Below are positions 31,858 through 32,000 of a stretch of DNA of 32,000 bases, piece after piece. Origin of the DNA: Bifidobacterium longum subsp. longum JCM 1217 (GTDB taxonomy: Bacteria; Actinomycetota; Actinomycetes; Actinomycetales; Bifidobacteriaceae). Position numbers and translations under genes: made by a program. Position 1 is the first letter of the stretch. Every line of letters begins with the position of its first letter. The notes below the pieces were generated by a model. That model was not told the DNA's origin. It did no database searches and was given only the letters and a program-made list of their open reading frames with translations. Where the stretch lies: positions 30,001-62,000 of the forward strand of contig NC_015067.1 in NCBI RefSeq assembly GCF_000196555.1. Reading direction: 5' to 3'.

Positions 31858-32000
31858 TCACAGCGGCAGCAGGTCGCTCAGGTCGTCGCGCTCGCCGACC
31901 GCGCTGATGTGGCCGGCGTCCTTTTCCTCTGCCCATGTGGTGATGCCGCAGGCCAGCCGCAGCCAGACTTCCGGGTCCAGCTCGATGACGTCCGGCGGGG
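31858..32000 (-). CDS. 3' end of an unidentified gene running off the window
   Basis: My manual translation of the minus strand gives ...PPDVIELDPEVWLRLACGITTWAEEKDAGHISAVGERDDLSDLLPL*, with the stop at 31858-31860. It is open to the window edge with high GC3. No family was recognised. Confidence 0.35.
   Translation of the reverse strand, partial: PPDVIELDPEVWLRLACGITTWAEEKDAGHISAVGERDDLSDLLPL

Overview
High-GC actinobacterial chromosome. Gene content points to Bifidobacterium: a 917-aa PEP carboxylase, ahpC followed by a TrxR-like fusion, DUF3073, trpS and putP. This genus call is inference only.

Housekeeping genes occupy 1-8127 and 19979-32000:
- CorC/TlyC-type CBS protein
- beta-carbonic anhydrase
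- AhpC and a TrxR/AhpF-like reductase
- OFA-type MFS transporter
- LacI regulator
- Ppc
- ThrE-family exporter
- PutP
- DUF559 protein
- amidohydrolase
- TrpS
- DUF3073 protein

Between the LacI gene and the 3' end of ppc lies about 11.8 kb of accessory DNA that looks lower in G+C (judged by eye, not computed). It has three parts:
1. A Schlafen/AlbA_2-type gene bracketed by two copies of a 73-bp element. The first copy is a perfect 34-bp-arm palindrome.
2. A tightly coupled operon (10483-13951, minus strand) with the architecture of an ABC-three-component (ABC-3C) conflict system. It has a CTD-bearing protein of unknown effector chemistry, a 139-aa middle component, and a Rad50-like coiled-coil ABC ATPase. 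The ATPase is split by a frameshift in an A7 tract.
3. A module (14213-19834) encoding a sigma region-4-type regulator, a coupled Cys-rich small ORF, and a 798-aa protein with no signal peptide. That protein has peptidoglycan-binding-like repeats, a DUF1906 GH-like domain and an unknown C-terminal domain. It faces a convergent 3-TM membrane protein. A second, 5'-truncated copy of the C-terminal domain with its own paralogous 3-TM protein follows, which resembles an orphan toxin-CT/immunity cassette.

The island is punctuated by three copies of the ppc 3' end or its downstream spacer, and I see no integrase or transposase. I recognised no rRNA, tRNA or CRISPR. All family assignments come from motif recognition by eye and need profile searches.
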